Assembly: GCF_900538805.1 (NCBI RefSeq)
Contig: NZ_UPZP01000001.1
Coordinates: 555 to 64,554 of the forward strand
Source of the DNA: an uncultured Dialister sp.
GTDB lineage: Bacteria > Bacillota > Negativicutes > Veillonellales > Dialisteraceae
Direction: 5' to 3'
Length of the DNA stretch: 64,000 nucleotides
In this document: positions 1-8,375 of the stretch, one piece after another
How positions within the stretch are numbered: position 1 is the first letter of the stretch
How the letters are laid out: each line of letters begins with the position of its first letter
The notes under the pieces: generated by a model
Told to the model about the DNA's origin: nothing
Databases searched by the model: none
The model's input: the letters and a program-made list of their open reading frames with translations, nothing else
Position numbers and translations under genes: made by a program

Positions 1-357
1 ATGGGTGAAGGCGTGACGGATGTCGGCTGCCGCCCTGTTTCTGTTGTCGGTGTTGCATTCTACGATGACTGCTGCACCGCCGGGGCCGTAGCCTTCGTAG
101 GTGACTTCGTCGAAGCCTGCACCGCTGGCAGCGCCTACGCCTTTAGCGATAGCTCTCTGAATGTTTTCCTTTGGCACGTTGTTCTGTTTAGCCTTGGTGA
201 GGGCCAGTTTCAGACGCATGTTGCCTACGGGATCACCGCCGCCCATGCGGGCTGCAATGGTGATTTCCTTGGAAATTTTGGTGGTAATTCTGGCGCGGAT
301 GGCATCGGTTTTGCCTTTCTTGCGCTTAATGTTTTCCCACTTGGAATGTCCGGACAT
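1..357 (-). CDS. yebC: YebC/PmpR-family probable transcriptional regulator. N-terminal 119 aa only; the gene runs off the window edge.
   Basis: Reverse-strand translation from ATG 357..355 gives [25 protein letters not shown]..., the hallmark YebC/TACO1 N-terminus. This partial ORF is not in the supplied track because it is open at the window edge. Confidence 0.85.
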   Translation of the reverse strand, partial: MSGHSKWENIKRKKGKTDAIRARITTKISKEITIAARMGGGDPVGNMRLKLALTKAKQNNVPKENIQRAIAKGVGAASGAGFDEVTYEGYGPGGAAVIVECNTDNRNRAAADIRHAFTH

Positions 358-363
358 AGTAAA

Positions 364-945
364 TTATTCCTCCTTTTTATTCCACCAGGGTTCGCCCAGA
401 AGGCGGTCGAGGATGATGGCCACGGCGCTTCTCACACAGAGGTGGTTGTAAGTGCCGGCGCCATAAATCGGTTCCACAATGTAATCAAATTTTTTCATCA
501 TTTCCTTGGTCATGCCGAAGCCTGTACCGAAGAGAATGAAGATGGGGGTATCCTCGTCGTGGATTTTCCTGCGCATGGCTGCGTAGGAGATAGTATTAGG
601 ATACACCCTGGCGTCGGTGGTGACAATAGCCGGTTTTTTGCCGGTTTCTTTTTCAATCCATGAAATCGCATCTTCCAGTGTAGGAACCAGTTCGGTTTCT
701 TCAAAGGCTTCTTTGCGATTGGCATTGTAGTGCACGCCGCCGCCTGTTTTCCAGTGATTCATGATGCGAAGGGCCATTTCACGCTGTGCTTCCACAGGAT
801 GCACGATGAAATATTTCTTCACGTCATAGGTTTTTGCCGTTCTGGCAATGTCATGGAGGTCGTAGTTGGTGAGTGCCGTGGTGACGACTTCCATGTGTTT
901 GTTGTAAATAGGATAGTGGATGAGACCTATGTATACAGGTGCCAT
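364..945 (-). CDS. Predicted SPOUT-type SAM-dependent RNA methyltransferase (Methyltrn_RNA_4-like), 194 aa.
   Basis: An in-frame ATG at 945 (MAPVYIGLIHYPIY...) lies 2 nt after the trmD stop. The C-terminus has a Gly-rich FGTGFGM...NHLCVRSAVAIILDRL region typical of the SPOUT knot. Its position downstream of trmD supports the call. Confidence 0.5.
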   Translation of the reverse strand: MAPVYIGLIHYPIYNKHMEVVTTALTNYDLHDIARTAKTYDVKKYFIVHPVEAQREMALRIMNHWKTGGGVHYNANRKEAFEETELVPTLEDAISWIEKETGKKPAIVTTDARVYPNTISYAAMRRKIHDEDTPIFILFGTGFGMTKEMMKKFDYIVEPIYGAGTYNHLCVRSAVAIILDRLLGEPWWNKKEE

Positions 946-947
946 GG

Positions 948-1691
948 TCACTCCTCCTTTTCTTCCCTGATTTCTTCCATGAGTTTCCTGTCTTCTTTGG
1001 AAAGCTCCTGCCCTTCCAGAAGGTCCGGGCGGCAGGTCATGGTGCGGCGGAGGGCTTCTTTCCTTCTCCACCGGGCAATGTTTGCATGGTGGCCGGAAAG
1101 GAGTACGTCAGGCACTTTCCAGCCGTTGTAGTCAGCGGGCTTGGTGTACTGGGGGTATTCCAGGATCGGTTCATAGAAGGAATCGCTGGCTGCGCTTCCT
1201 GCGTCTCCCAGCACGCCGGGCACCATGCGGGCCACGGCGTCGCTGATAACCATGGCTCCCAGTTCGCCGCCGGTGAGGACGTAGTCTCCGATGGAGATGA
1301 GTTCGTCCGCCAGGTGTTCTTCCACCCGGTGATCCACGCCTTCATAGTGGCCGCAGATGAGGACCAGATGGTCATAGTCCCGCTGCAGTTCCTTGGCCCG
1401 GTCCTGGGTGAAGGTCTTTCCTGCCGGTGACAGGAAGATGACCCGATCCCTTGGTCCTTTTTCAGGAAGCACATGATGGCAGGCATCAAAAAGGGGCTGG
1501 CACATCATGAGCATGCCTGCACCGCCGCCGTAAATGGTGTCATCCACCTGTCTGTGGCGGCTTTTGGTAAAGTCTCTGGGATTGGTCACAGCCATTTCTA
1601 TCAGTCCCGCTTCCAAAGCCCGCTTGATCATGCTCTGGTGAAAGAATGCTTCCACGAATTCCGGAAAGAGGGATAATATATCAATTTTCAA
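948..1691 (-). CDS. trmD: tRNA (guanine37-N1)-methyltransferase TrmD, TTG start.
   Basis: MKIDILSLFPEF... with a GGGAGMLMM-type SPOUT motif. The first codon at 1691..1689 is TTG, preceded by GAGG. Confidence 0.93.
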   Translation of the reverse strand: MKIDILSLFPEFVEAFFHQSMIKRALEAGLIEMAVTNPRDFTKSRHRQVDDTIYGGGAGMLMMCQPLFDACHHVLPEKGPRDRVIFLSPAGKTFTQDRAKELQRDYDHLVLICGHYEGVDHRVEEHLADELISIGDYVLTGGELGAMVISDAVARMVPGVLGDAGSAASDSFYEPILEYPQYTKPADYNGWKVPDVLLSGHHANIARWRRKEALRRTMTCRPDLLEGQELSKEDRKLMEEIREEKEE

Positions 1692-1755
1692 GATGACAGC
1701 CTCGAAGGACTTTCCGCCGACCTTTATGAAAGGCGGCAGGTCGTCGTAAAATAAG

Positions 1756-2253
1756 CTATTCCCACTCCGGCAGGCGCACCGTCATACGTCCTGCCTCTAT
1801 ATCTATGGAAAGAACACATGACGGTATGGCCGGAATCAGGATTTCCTTTCCTTCCGGTGTGCTGATGGAGTACACATTGTTGGCTCCGGTTTCTATGATT
1901 TCCTTCACAGTCCCCACAGCCTTTCCGTCTTCCGTTACTACGTTAAGCCCGATGAGCTGGAAGTAGTAGTAGGACCCCTTTTCCCTTCGGGGGAGTTCCG
2001 AGAAAGGAACTTCCACCAGTTTGGAAATCAGGGTTTCCGCCATGTTCCTGTCGTCCACCCCTTCCACATGAAGAATGTATACATTCTTGTGGGGACGGGC
2101 GGACAGGAGGCGGAAAGGTTTTCCTCCGATATAGATGGTTTTGAGTTTTTTAAAAATCTCCGGCCTGTCCGTATCGGGAAGAATACGCAAATCACCCCGC
2201 ACACCATGCGGGGCTACGATTCGGCCGACGATTATCATTTCATCGGGTTTCAT
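1756..2253 (-). CDS. rimM: 16S rRNA processing protein RimM.
   Basis: MKPDEMIIVGRIVAPHGVRGDLRI... from ATG 2253; PRC barrel C-terminus; conserved rpsP-rimM-trmD order. Confidence 0.9.
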   Translation of the reverse strand: MKPDEMIIVGRIVAPHGVRGDLRILPDTDRPEIFKKLKTIYIGGKPFRLLSARPHKNVYILHVEGVDDRNMAETLISKLVEVPFSELPRREKGSYYYFQLIGLNVVTEDGKAVGTVKEIIETGANNVYSISTPEGKEILIPAIPSCVLSIDIEAGRMTVRLPEWE

Positions 2254-2254
2254 A

Positions 2255-2662
2255 TCAGTTGCGGAAAGCGATGATCTTTCCATCTTCCACCAGGATCTCG
2301 CCGCCGGTTAAGGCGTTCATGTCATCCCCCACATGGACGGTGACGATCCGGTTCATGGGCTGACGGTTCAGTTCAGCACCGATGGCCAGCTTTTCCAGGT
2401 GTTCCTTGTCAGCATTCAGCTTATCCTTCACCTGCTGCATACGGGCTTTCTGGGCTTCGTACTGGGCACGGAGAGGAGCGACGGCCTGAATGTTGATTTT
2501 GGCCTGTTCAGCCAGCTTGCCATTTGCTTCGAATTCAAGCTGAGCCATATCGTGTTCGACACGGCTGATATTCTGCCCGATTTCGTTGAGCAGAGTGGTC
2601 TTTAATGTCTCAGTGAGCTTGGATTTCACAGCCACCGGGACAAGAATCTGCATTTCTTCCAT
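2255..2662 (-). CDS. YlqD-family protein.
   Basis: Coiled-coil 135 aa protein between the KH protein and rimM. The track ORF begins with TTG at 2677; the first ATG is at 2662 (MEEMQILVP...). Confidence 0.6.
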   Translation of the reverse strand: MEEMQILVPVAVKSKLTETLKTTLLNEIGQNISRVEHDMAQLEFEANGKLAEQAKINIQAVAPLRAQYEAQKARMQQVKDKLNADKEHLEKLAIGAELNRQPMNRIVTVHVGDDMNALTGGEILVEDGKIIAFRN

Positions 2663-2673
2663 TGAGGCACCTC

Positions 2674-2901
2674 TCAAATAATATCCACAGCCACCTTGCG
2701 GTTTTCACGCAGGGCGCCTGCTTTGACAACGGTGCGGATTGCATTGGCAATGCGGCCTTTTCTGCCGATCACTTTCCCCATGTCTTCCGGGGCAACATGG
2801 ACCTGATAAATTTCCAGGCTGCCCTTTTGGACCAGGGTCACAGAGACGGCGTCAGGGTTCTTGACCAGAGCCTTGACAAGTGTTTCCACTAATTCTTTCA
2901 T
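2674..2901 (-). CDS. KH-domain RNA-binding protein (YlqC/UPF0109).
   Basis: MKELVETLVKALVKNPDAVSV...GRKGRIANAIRTVV (GxxG KH motif); ATG at 2901; immediately downstream of rpsP. Confidence 0.88.
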   Translation of the reverse strand: MKELVETLVKALVKNPDAVSVTLVQKGSLEIYQVHVAPEDMGKVIGRKGRIANAIRTVVKAGALRENRKVAVDII

Positions 2902-2913
2902 ACGCGGCCCCCA

Positions 2914-3177
2914 TTATTTCTTTGCTTCTGCAAACTTAGCAAGGATGCCATTCTTTCTCAGGATAGAACGAACGGTGTCGGTCGGCTGAGCGCCTTTTCC
3001 AAGCCAGGAAAGAACCTTTTCTTCATCGATCTTTACTGGAGCGTCCAGTTTAGCCGGGTCGTACCAGCCGATGGTATCGGTGGGAGCGCCGTTTCTTGCT
3101 TCTCTGGAGTCGATAACTACGATACGGTAGAAAGGATTCTTCTTAGCACCCATACGGGTCAAACGAATTTTTAACAT
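2914..3177 (-). CDS. rpsP: 30S ribosomal protein S16.
   Basis: MLKIRLTRMGAKKNPFYRIVV... from ATG 3177, with GGAGGTG 8 nt upstream. The track ORF starts at an upstream GTG. Confidence 0.95.
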   Translation of the reverse strand: MLKIRLTRMGAKKNPFYRIVVIDSREARNGAPTDTIGWYDPAKLDAPVKIDEEKVLSWLGKGAQPTDTVRSILRKNGILAKFAEAKK

Positions 3178-3205
3178 GAAATTCACCTCCTTGAATTGGT
3201 CTCGG

Positions 3206-4567
3206 TTATTTATGGAACATCCCGGGGAAACCGGACAGATTTCCCAACTTGGATGGATTTATCTTCTTGCCTCTCATCTTTTTCATGGTCTTCTGCATTT
3301 CAGCGAACTGCTTCATCATGCGGTTCACATCCTGGATCTTCACGCCGGCGCCGTTGGCGATACGCTTGCGGCGGCTGCCGTTCAGGATTTTCACATTCGC
3401 CCTTTCTGCAGGGGTCATGGAAAGGATGATAGCCTCAATATGCTTGACTTCCTTGCCGTCCAGGTCGATATCCTTCAGCTGGTCCTTGAACTTGCCCATG
3501 CCTGGGAGCATGCCCAGGATAGACTGGAAGGAACCAAGCTTCCTCACCTGCTTCAGCTGACGCAGGAAATCGTCCAGAGTGAACTCACCCTTCCGAATCT
3601 TTCCTGCCGCATCCTTCAGGGATTCGGCATCCATATTTCTCTGGGCCGTTTCAATCAAAGTTTCCAGATCGCCCAGATCCAGGATACGTCCCGCCATGCG
3701 GTCCGGGTGGAAATCCTCCAGCCCGCCGTCCAGCTTTTCGGAAACACCAATCATCTTGATAGGCTTACCGGTGACAGTCTTGATGGAAAGAGCTGCACCG
3801 CCTCTGGCATCGCCGTCCATCTTTGTCAAGATGGTCCCGTCAATGCCAAGGTTTTCATCGAAGGCCTTCGCCGTGGTCACCGCATCCTGGCCGGTCATGG
3901 AATCCAGCACCAGCAGGATTTCCTGGGGATGAACCTCGGCCTTGATATTCCGAAGCTCCGCCATGAGCTTCTCATCAATGGTCAGGCGCCCTGCCGTATC
4001 CAGGATGACGATATCCCGGTTATAGGACTTCGCCGTATCCACCGCGTAAGAAGCGATGTGCACCGGGTCCACATTCGGCGGCATCCGGTACACCGGCACA
4101 TCAGTCTGCTGGCCCAGAACTTCCAGCTGCTTGATAGCTGCCGGACGGTATACGTCGCAGGCTGCCAGGAGCGGCCGGTGGCCCTTCTTCTTGAACATGA
4201 GCGCCAGCTTGCCGGCGGTGGTGGTCTTACCGGCCCCCTGGAGACCCACCAGCATAATCACCGTCATCCCCGTAGAGGACAGGGTGATTTTACTCTGGGT
4301 GCCCCCCAGAAGCTCCGTCAGCTCATCCCGGACGATTTTGATGACCGTCTGGTCCGGCTTCAGGCTGCCGAAGACCTCCTCACCCATGGCCTTCTCACGG
4401 ACATGGGCAATGAAATCCTTAGCCACCTTGAAATTGACATCCGCCTCCAAAAGCGCCCGTCTGACCTCGCGGAGGGCCCCGTCGATATCACTCTCCGAAA
4501 GCTTCCCTTTTCCCCGCAGATCCTTGAACGCAGACTGCAGCTTGTCTCCTAAACTCTCAAATGGCAT
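3206..4567 (-). CDS. ffh: Signal recognition particle protein Ffh.
   Basis: N, G and M domains present (GLQGAGKTTTAGKLA P-loop, DTAGR, TKMDGDARGGAALS, Met-rich C-terminus). ATG at 4567 with GAAGGTGA upstream. Confidence 0.97.
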   Translation of the reverse strand: MPFESLGDKLQSAFKDLRGKGKLSESDIDGALREVRRALLEADVNFKVAKDFIAHVREKAMGEEVFGSLKPDQTVIKIVRDELTELLGGTQSKITLSSTGMTVIMLVGLQGAGKTTTAGKLALMFKKKGHRPLLAACDVYRPAAIKQLEVLGQQTDVPVYRMPPNVDPVHIASYAVDTAKSYNRDIVILDTAGRLTIDEKLMAELRNIKAEVHPQEILLVLDSMTGQDAVTTAKAFDENLGIDGTILTKMDGDARGGAALSIKTVTGKPIKMIGVSEKLDGGLEDFHPDRMAGRILDLGDLETLIETAQRNMDAESLKDAAGKIRKGEFTLDDFLRQLKQVRKLGSFQSILGMLPGMGKFKDQLKDIDLDGKEVKHIEAIILSMTPAERANVKILNGSRRKRIANGAGVKIQDVNRMMKQFAEMQKTMKKMRGKKINPSKLGNLSGFPGMFHK

Positions 4568-4577
4568 AAGGTCACCT

Positions 4578-4901
4578 TCATTCCCATAAACAGTCTATCA
4601 GTACACGAGCCTTCGTGTGATACTGATCCGGAATCAATTCCATCAGCTCCCTGGCCGCCTTCTCCTTATCCCCTCTCACGGAAACAAGATGAAGAACGGA
4701 TTCATAAGTCATGAGCTGCTCCTCCCCGTGACGCATGGCATCATGCACCGCCTGCCGGGAAATATGAAAATGTTCCGCAATCTCCGCCAGAGTCAGATTC
4801 TCATTATAGTACAAATCAAGACAATCCCTCTGGCGCTTTGTCAGGAGCGCCCCGTATCGGTCCAGGAGCTCTCCCTTTTCAACGATATTTTCTATAGACA
4901 T
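4578..4901 (-). CDS. ylxM: YlxM/UPF0122 putative helix-turn-helix protein upstream of ffh.
   Basis: 107 aa, ...LTLAEIAEHFHISRQAVHDAMRHGEEQL; conserved position 5' of ffh. Confidence 0.85.
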   Translation of the reverse strand: MSIENIVEKGELLDRYGALLTKRQRDCLDLYYNENLTLAEIAEHFHISRQAVHDAMRHGEEQLMTYESVLHLVSVRGDKEKAARELMELIPDQYHTKARVLIDCLWE

Positions 4902-4956
4902 AGTATCACCACAACGAGAATCATTATACAGGAAGAAAAGAGACTTGTCAAGGAAA

Positions 4957-5540
4957 TTTGCTTTACAAAGGTGGGGCCTCTGCGCCCCACGGGTTCAGAG
5001 GGTTCCCCTTCGGGCGCGAAAGGTTCTTAAGATTGGCCAGCCTAAAGGCCGGAGGGTTCTTAAGTTTGACGGGCCCAGGGCCCGAAGGTTGTGGTATCGC
5101 TCTCGGGGGCGATAATTATGAAGTAAGCGTTACGTACTTGCCTTCCCGCCCTCACCGTCATTCTGAACGCAGTGAAGAATCTCGGTAAGTGCCGTAGTTG
5201 AAGAAATCGGTAGTGAATACCAGTCGGCGGGAAGGCTGCGTCATTAGGCGTCGAAAAATAGCGGTATCAGTTCTTTCGGCCCTATCCTCAGGGCTTCGCC
5301 CAGCTCCTTCCTGAGGAAGGAGCCAGCGTTACGGGATTTACGCTATTGTCACCATGACTACATGGCGAAGAGCAAGAGCCTCCTTCCACAAGCAGAAGTC
5401 CTGCAGAGGGCTTCTGGGCCGGGCTATTATGTGAGCAAAGCCTGCACATAAAGCGAACACCTTAATGCCCGGCCAGCAGGTGGCGCCGTTAGGCGACGGA
5501 GGATAGGGGCGTGGATTAGACGTCAGACGTCAAACTAAAT
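4957..5540. repeat. Composite intergenic repeat element, locus 1.
   Basis: Contains GGTTCTTAAG / GGTTCAGAG short tandems, the hairpin atcgctctcgggggcgat, the core CCTTCCCGCC..GTCATTCTGAACGCAGTGAAGAATC..CAGTCGGCGGGAAGG, and a 200-bp module that recurs at 10570-10760. Confidence 0.8.
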
Positions 5541-5624
5541 TACATGCCTTGCCTCCTCCTGCTTGTCAGGGGAAGAGGCGATGGAGGCGGCAGAGGATAG
5601 CTGGCCTTTCGCAAGGGACTTGAT

Positions 5625-5895
5625 GTAGCTCTATGCTTTCCTGTCATTTCGAGCGATGGCCAGCGCCGGTATGAATCCTCCTTTACATGGAGCCAGTGAA
5701 AGGGAGTCGAGAAATCTCCCTTCTGCATGGCCCCTGTCAATGATGTGGCTCTATGCTTTCCTGCCATTTCGAGCGATGGCCAGCGCCAGTATGAATCCTC
5801 CTTTACACGGAGCCAGTGAAAGGGAGTCGAGAAATCTCCCATCCGAATGGTCCCTATCAATAATGACTGATTTTAGTGTAACTCCGGTTTTCCTT
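5625..5895. repeat. Two tandem copies of a ~120-bp unit (TGCTTTCCTGTCATTTCGAGCGATGGCCAGCGCC...).
   Basis: Direct repeats start at 5631 and 5751 with near-identical sequence. A third copy lies at 23805-23950. Confidence 0.85.
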
Positions 5896-5939
5896 ACTTC
5901 ATTAACGCTCCTTACTGTGGAAGGGGGCCTGATGTACTG

Positions 5940-6120
5940 CCATTTTCCTTCCCACCCGCTCTTCATCCTGAGCGCAGCGAAGAATGAAGAGCGGGCGGGA
6001 AGCCGACAGCCAGAAGCCGACAGCCGAAAGCCGAAAGCCGCCTTCACTGTCCCACTCTCCCACTATCCCACTAGCACACTAGCCCACTAGTACACTAGTA
6101 CACTAATACACCAGCCCACC
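5940..6120. repeat. Core hairpin variant plus GCCGAMA and CCCACTAG-type short tandems.
   Basis: A 12-bp perfect stem cccgctcttcat / atgaagagcggg closes the loop CCTGAGCGCAGCGAAGA. It is followed by gccgacagccgaaagccgaaagccg and cccactagcacactagcccactag... Confidence 0.8.
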
Positions 6121-6186
6121 AGCCACCTTTCCTCTCCGCTTCCTATCCATTATAATAAGTATATAAAAATATAGAAAAGAGGTCCT

Positions 6187-7677
6187 ATGATGAAGAAACC
6201 TGTACTTGCCCTTACCCTCTGCGCCCTGATTTCCACGGGCTCCGTGTTTGCCGCCCAGCCCCAGAGGGACAATTTCTACTGGCTGGGGCAGATTAATAAA
6301 GCCTCCGATGTCATCAATACAGACGAAGGACTCCTCACGCCGGAAGAGGGCCATGCCTTTGCCAAAGGCATCGACAAGGTCCTCCGGGATGGAAACCTGC
6401 CCGGTGCGCCCCGTCCCCACAATGTAATTACCTTTGAGCCTTACCTCATCAAGGCCGCCGGCCCCGATGTGACAAAAATCCATGCCGGCCGCTCCTCCCA
6501 GGACATGCTCACCACCGTTGGCATTATGGAACAGCGGGAACACCTCATCACCATGGCGAAAAAGCTGAACAAGGTACAGGCGGATTTCATCCGGCTGGCA
6601 GAGGAAAATAAAGACACCCTCATCCCCAACTACACCAACGGCGTAGCTGCCCAGCCAAACAGTCTGGCCCACTATTTCATCGCCTACGCCAACGCCTACA
6701 GCCGTGACATGCAGCGGGTGCGGGAATACTACAAACGCCTCAACCGCTCCCCCATGGGAAGCACCGTGCTGAACGGCACCGGCTGGCCTTTGGACAGGGA
6801 CCGCATGGCGGACTACCTGGGTTTTGACGGCATCGCCTACAACACCTACGACGCCGGCCAGATTTTCCCTCAGGAAGCACCCATTGAAACCGGCGGCATC
6901 ACCAACTGCATCGCCATCCACACCACCAGCTTCATCGAAGAAATCATGCAGCAGTACGCCCAGCCCCGCCCCTGGATCATCCTGAAAGAAGGCGGCGGAA
7001 ATACCTATGTATCCTCCGCCATGCCCCAGAAAAGAAATCCGGGCCTCCTGAACAGCTGCCGCACCGACGCCTCCACCCTCCTGGGCATGTCCGTGGAAGC
7101 CATGTTCCGCTCCCATAACATTCCCGCCGGCATGGCCGACGGCCGTTTAAACGGCGCCAGAGACATCATGCCGGAGGCCTCCAAAGTTCTCACCGCCATG
7201 GACAAAATCCTGAACAACCTGGTCATCGACCCCGCCCGCTCCCTGGAAGAACTGAACCTGGACTGGACCTGCTCCCAGGAAATCGCCGACGAACTCATGA
7301 AAAATCACGGCATCCCCTTCCGCATGGGCCACCACTTCGCCAGCGAAATCGTCACCTACGCCAGAGCCCATCATATCACCCCCAGAGACTTCACCTACGA
7401 AGACGCCAAGGCTGTCTATGCCAAAGTCTCCGCCGATGACCCCAATCTCCCCCGGGACTTCCCCATGACAGAAGAAGAATGGCAGCACGCCAAAGATCCC
7501 GCCTCCATCGTAAGAAATAGAAAAGTCAAAGGAGGCCCACAGCCGGTAGAACTGGACAAAATGATTCAAATGGCCAAAGACGACCTGGCCGACAATGAAG
7601 CCTGGACAGAAGAAACAGAAAACAAACTGTCCGCTGCTGAAAAGAAACTGAACCAGGACTTCAATAAACTCCTGTAA
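6187..7677 (+). CDS. Fumarate-lyase superfamily protein (argininosuccinate-lyase-like) with a predicted N-terminal signal peptide.
   Basis: Lyase_1 signatures GRSSQDM and SSAMPQKRNPG. The N-terminus MMKKPVLALTLCALISTGSVFAAQP looks like a secretion signal. ATG 6187 is preceded by AAGAGG. Confidence 0.8.
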   Translation: MMKKPVLALTLCALISTGSVFAAQPQRDNFYWLGQINKASDVINTDEGLLTPEEGHAFAKGIDKVLRDGNLPGAPRPHNVITFEPYLIKAAGPDVTKIHAGRSSQDMLTTVGIMEQREHLITMAKKLNKVQADFIRLAEENKDTLIPNYTNGVAAQPNSLAHYFIAYANAYSRDMQRVREYYKRLNRSPMGSTVLNGTGWPLDRDRMADYLGFDGIAYNTYDAGQIFPQEAPIETGGITNCIAIHTTSFIEEIMQQYAQPRPWIILKEGGGNTYVSSAMPQKRNPGLLNSCRTDASTLLGMSVEAMFRSHNIPAGMADGRLNGARDIMPEASKVLTAMDKILNNLVIDPARSLEELNLDWTCSQEIADELMKNHGIPFRMGHHFASEIVTYARAHHITPRDFTYEDAKAVYAKVSADDPNLPRDFPMTEEEWQHAKDPASIVRNRKVKGGPQPVELDKMIQMAKDDLADNEAWTEETENKLSAAEKKLNQDFNKLL

Positions 7678-7703
7678 GGCTGCATGAAATAAAGCAATAT
7701 AAT

Positions 7704-7736
7704 AAACGCCCACCTGCCTGCTGCCGGTGGGCGTTT
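7704..7736 (+). terminator. Rho-independent terminator after the lyase gene.
   Basis: Hairpin aaacgcccacc-tgcctgctgcc-ggtgggcgttt followed by a T-rich tract. Confidence 0.6.
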
Positions 7737-7797
7737 ATATTGATTTCCTTTCAAAACCACAGCATTTATCTGCATAAAACTGCACAAAATTAACATC

Positions 7798-8220
7798 CTA
7801 GTAAGCCAAAAAGCTTTTACTTTTCATAATAACAATATCATATTTCATCGAATCATAAATGTTGGCTCTTTTTTCCCCCCAATAAGTGATTTCTATAGTG
7901 TAATCACCTTTATAATCATAGTGCAGTTCAGAGCCCTCTCTTGATATATTAAAATTAAGATTTTTATTAGAAATTCCTCTATTCCAATCAGCTTTAATTA
8001 AATTTTCATCATAATAATTCATTACATCATCAACATTTTCTACAGAATATAAGGTACAAAAGCCCATGGGCTTTTTATAATTTCTTGTTGAAATCAATAA
8101 TCGCTCTTTTAGATATGTATCACCGTCTATCAATTCTATATCAGGGATTTGATTATACAGTTCTTCCTTGAGAGGAATGGGCTGACGCGAATAGCCAGAG
8201 CCCATGACGAAGCAGTGCAT
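7798..8220 (-). CDS. Hypothetical protein in an AT-rich (~30 % GC) islet.
   Basis: 140 aa ORF with no recognisable motif and strongly atypical composition compared with its ~57 % GC neighbours. No clear SD; start uncertain. Confidence 0.35.
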   Translation of the reverse strand: MHCFVMGSGYSRQPIPLKEELYNQIPDIELIDGDTYLKERLLISTRNYKKPMGFCTLYSVENVDDVMNYYDENLIKADWNRGISNKNLNFNISREGSELHYDYKGDYTIEITYWGEKRANIYDSMKYDIVIMKSKSFLAY

Positions 8221-8313
8221 AAAAATTCTTATAAAAGAAAACTCTATGAATGAATCAGCGCTTCCCTGGAATGGTGGAATAATATGCTAAAATTTCCGCC
8301 CCGCCCCCATAAT

Positions 8314-8348
8314 AAAAGCCCCGTCTGCACAGAGCAAGTCGGGGCTTT
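8314..8348 (-). terminator. Rho-independent terminator downstream of nrdJ.
   Basis: Stem agccccg / cggggct followed by a U-run on the minus strand. Confidence 0.5.
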
Positions 8349-8375
8349 CACATTTCGCAGGATGCTGCGTTTCTG

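Noticed and set aside
2255-2677. Track ORF starts drawn with M at TTG or GTG codons (2677 ylqD, 3186 rpsP, 39866 mmdD, 63076 chrA, 52706).
   Set aside because: The sequence shows these first codons are TTG or GTG lacking SD support, while a downstream ATG has a properly spaced SD. The downstream ATG was chosen. This does not apply to trmD, engB, clpX and the NUDIX gene, where the alternative start is the best supported.
3176-4552. 458-aa plus-strand ORF, and many similar long plus-strand ORFs, antisense to real minus-strand genes: 1-663, 8421-10310, 11525-12373, 12434-13630, 33318-35432, 35386-37617, 39908-41464, 43476-45185, 45460-47025, 51592-52908, 56810-58177 and 58320-60380.
   Set aside because: Each is the antisense frame of a strongly supported conserved gene (ffh, nrdJ, gyrA, mutB, mutA, mmdA, mutase, CoA-transferase, aminotransferase, lon, clpX/clpP). 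Their translations are low-complexity (G/H/V/A-rich) with no motifs. Long antisense ORFs are expected at ~57 % GC.
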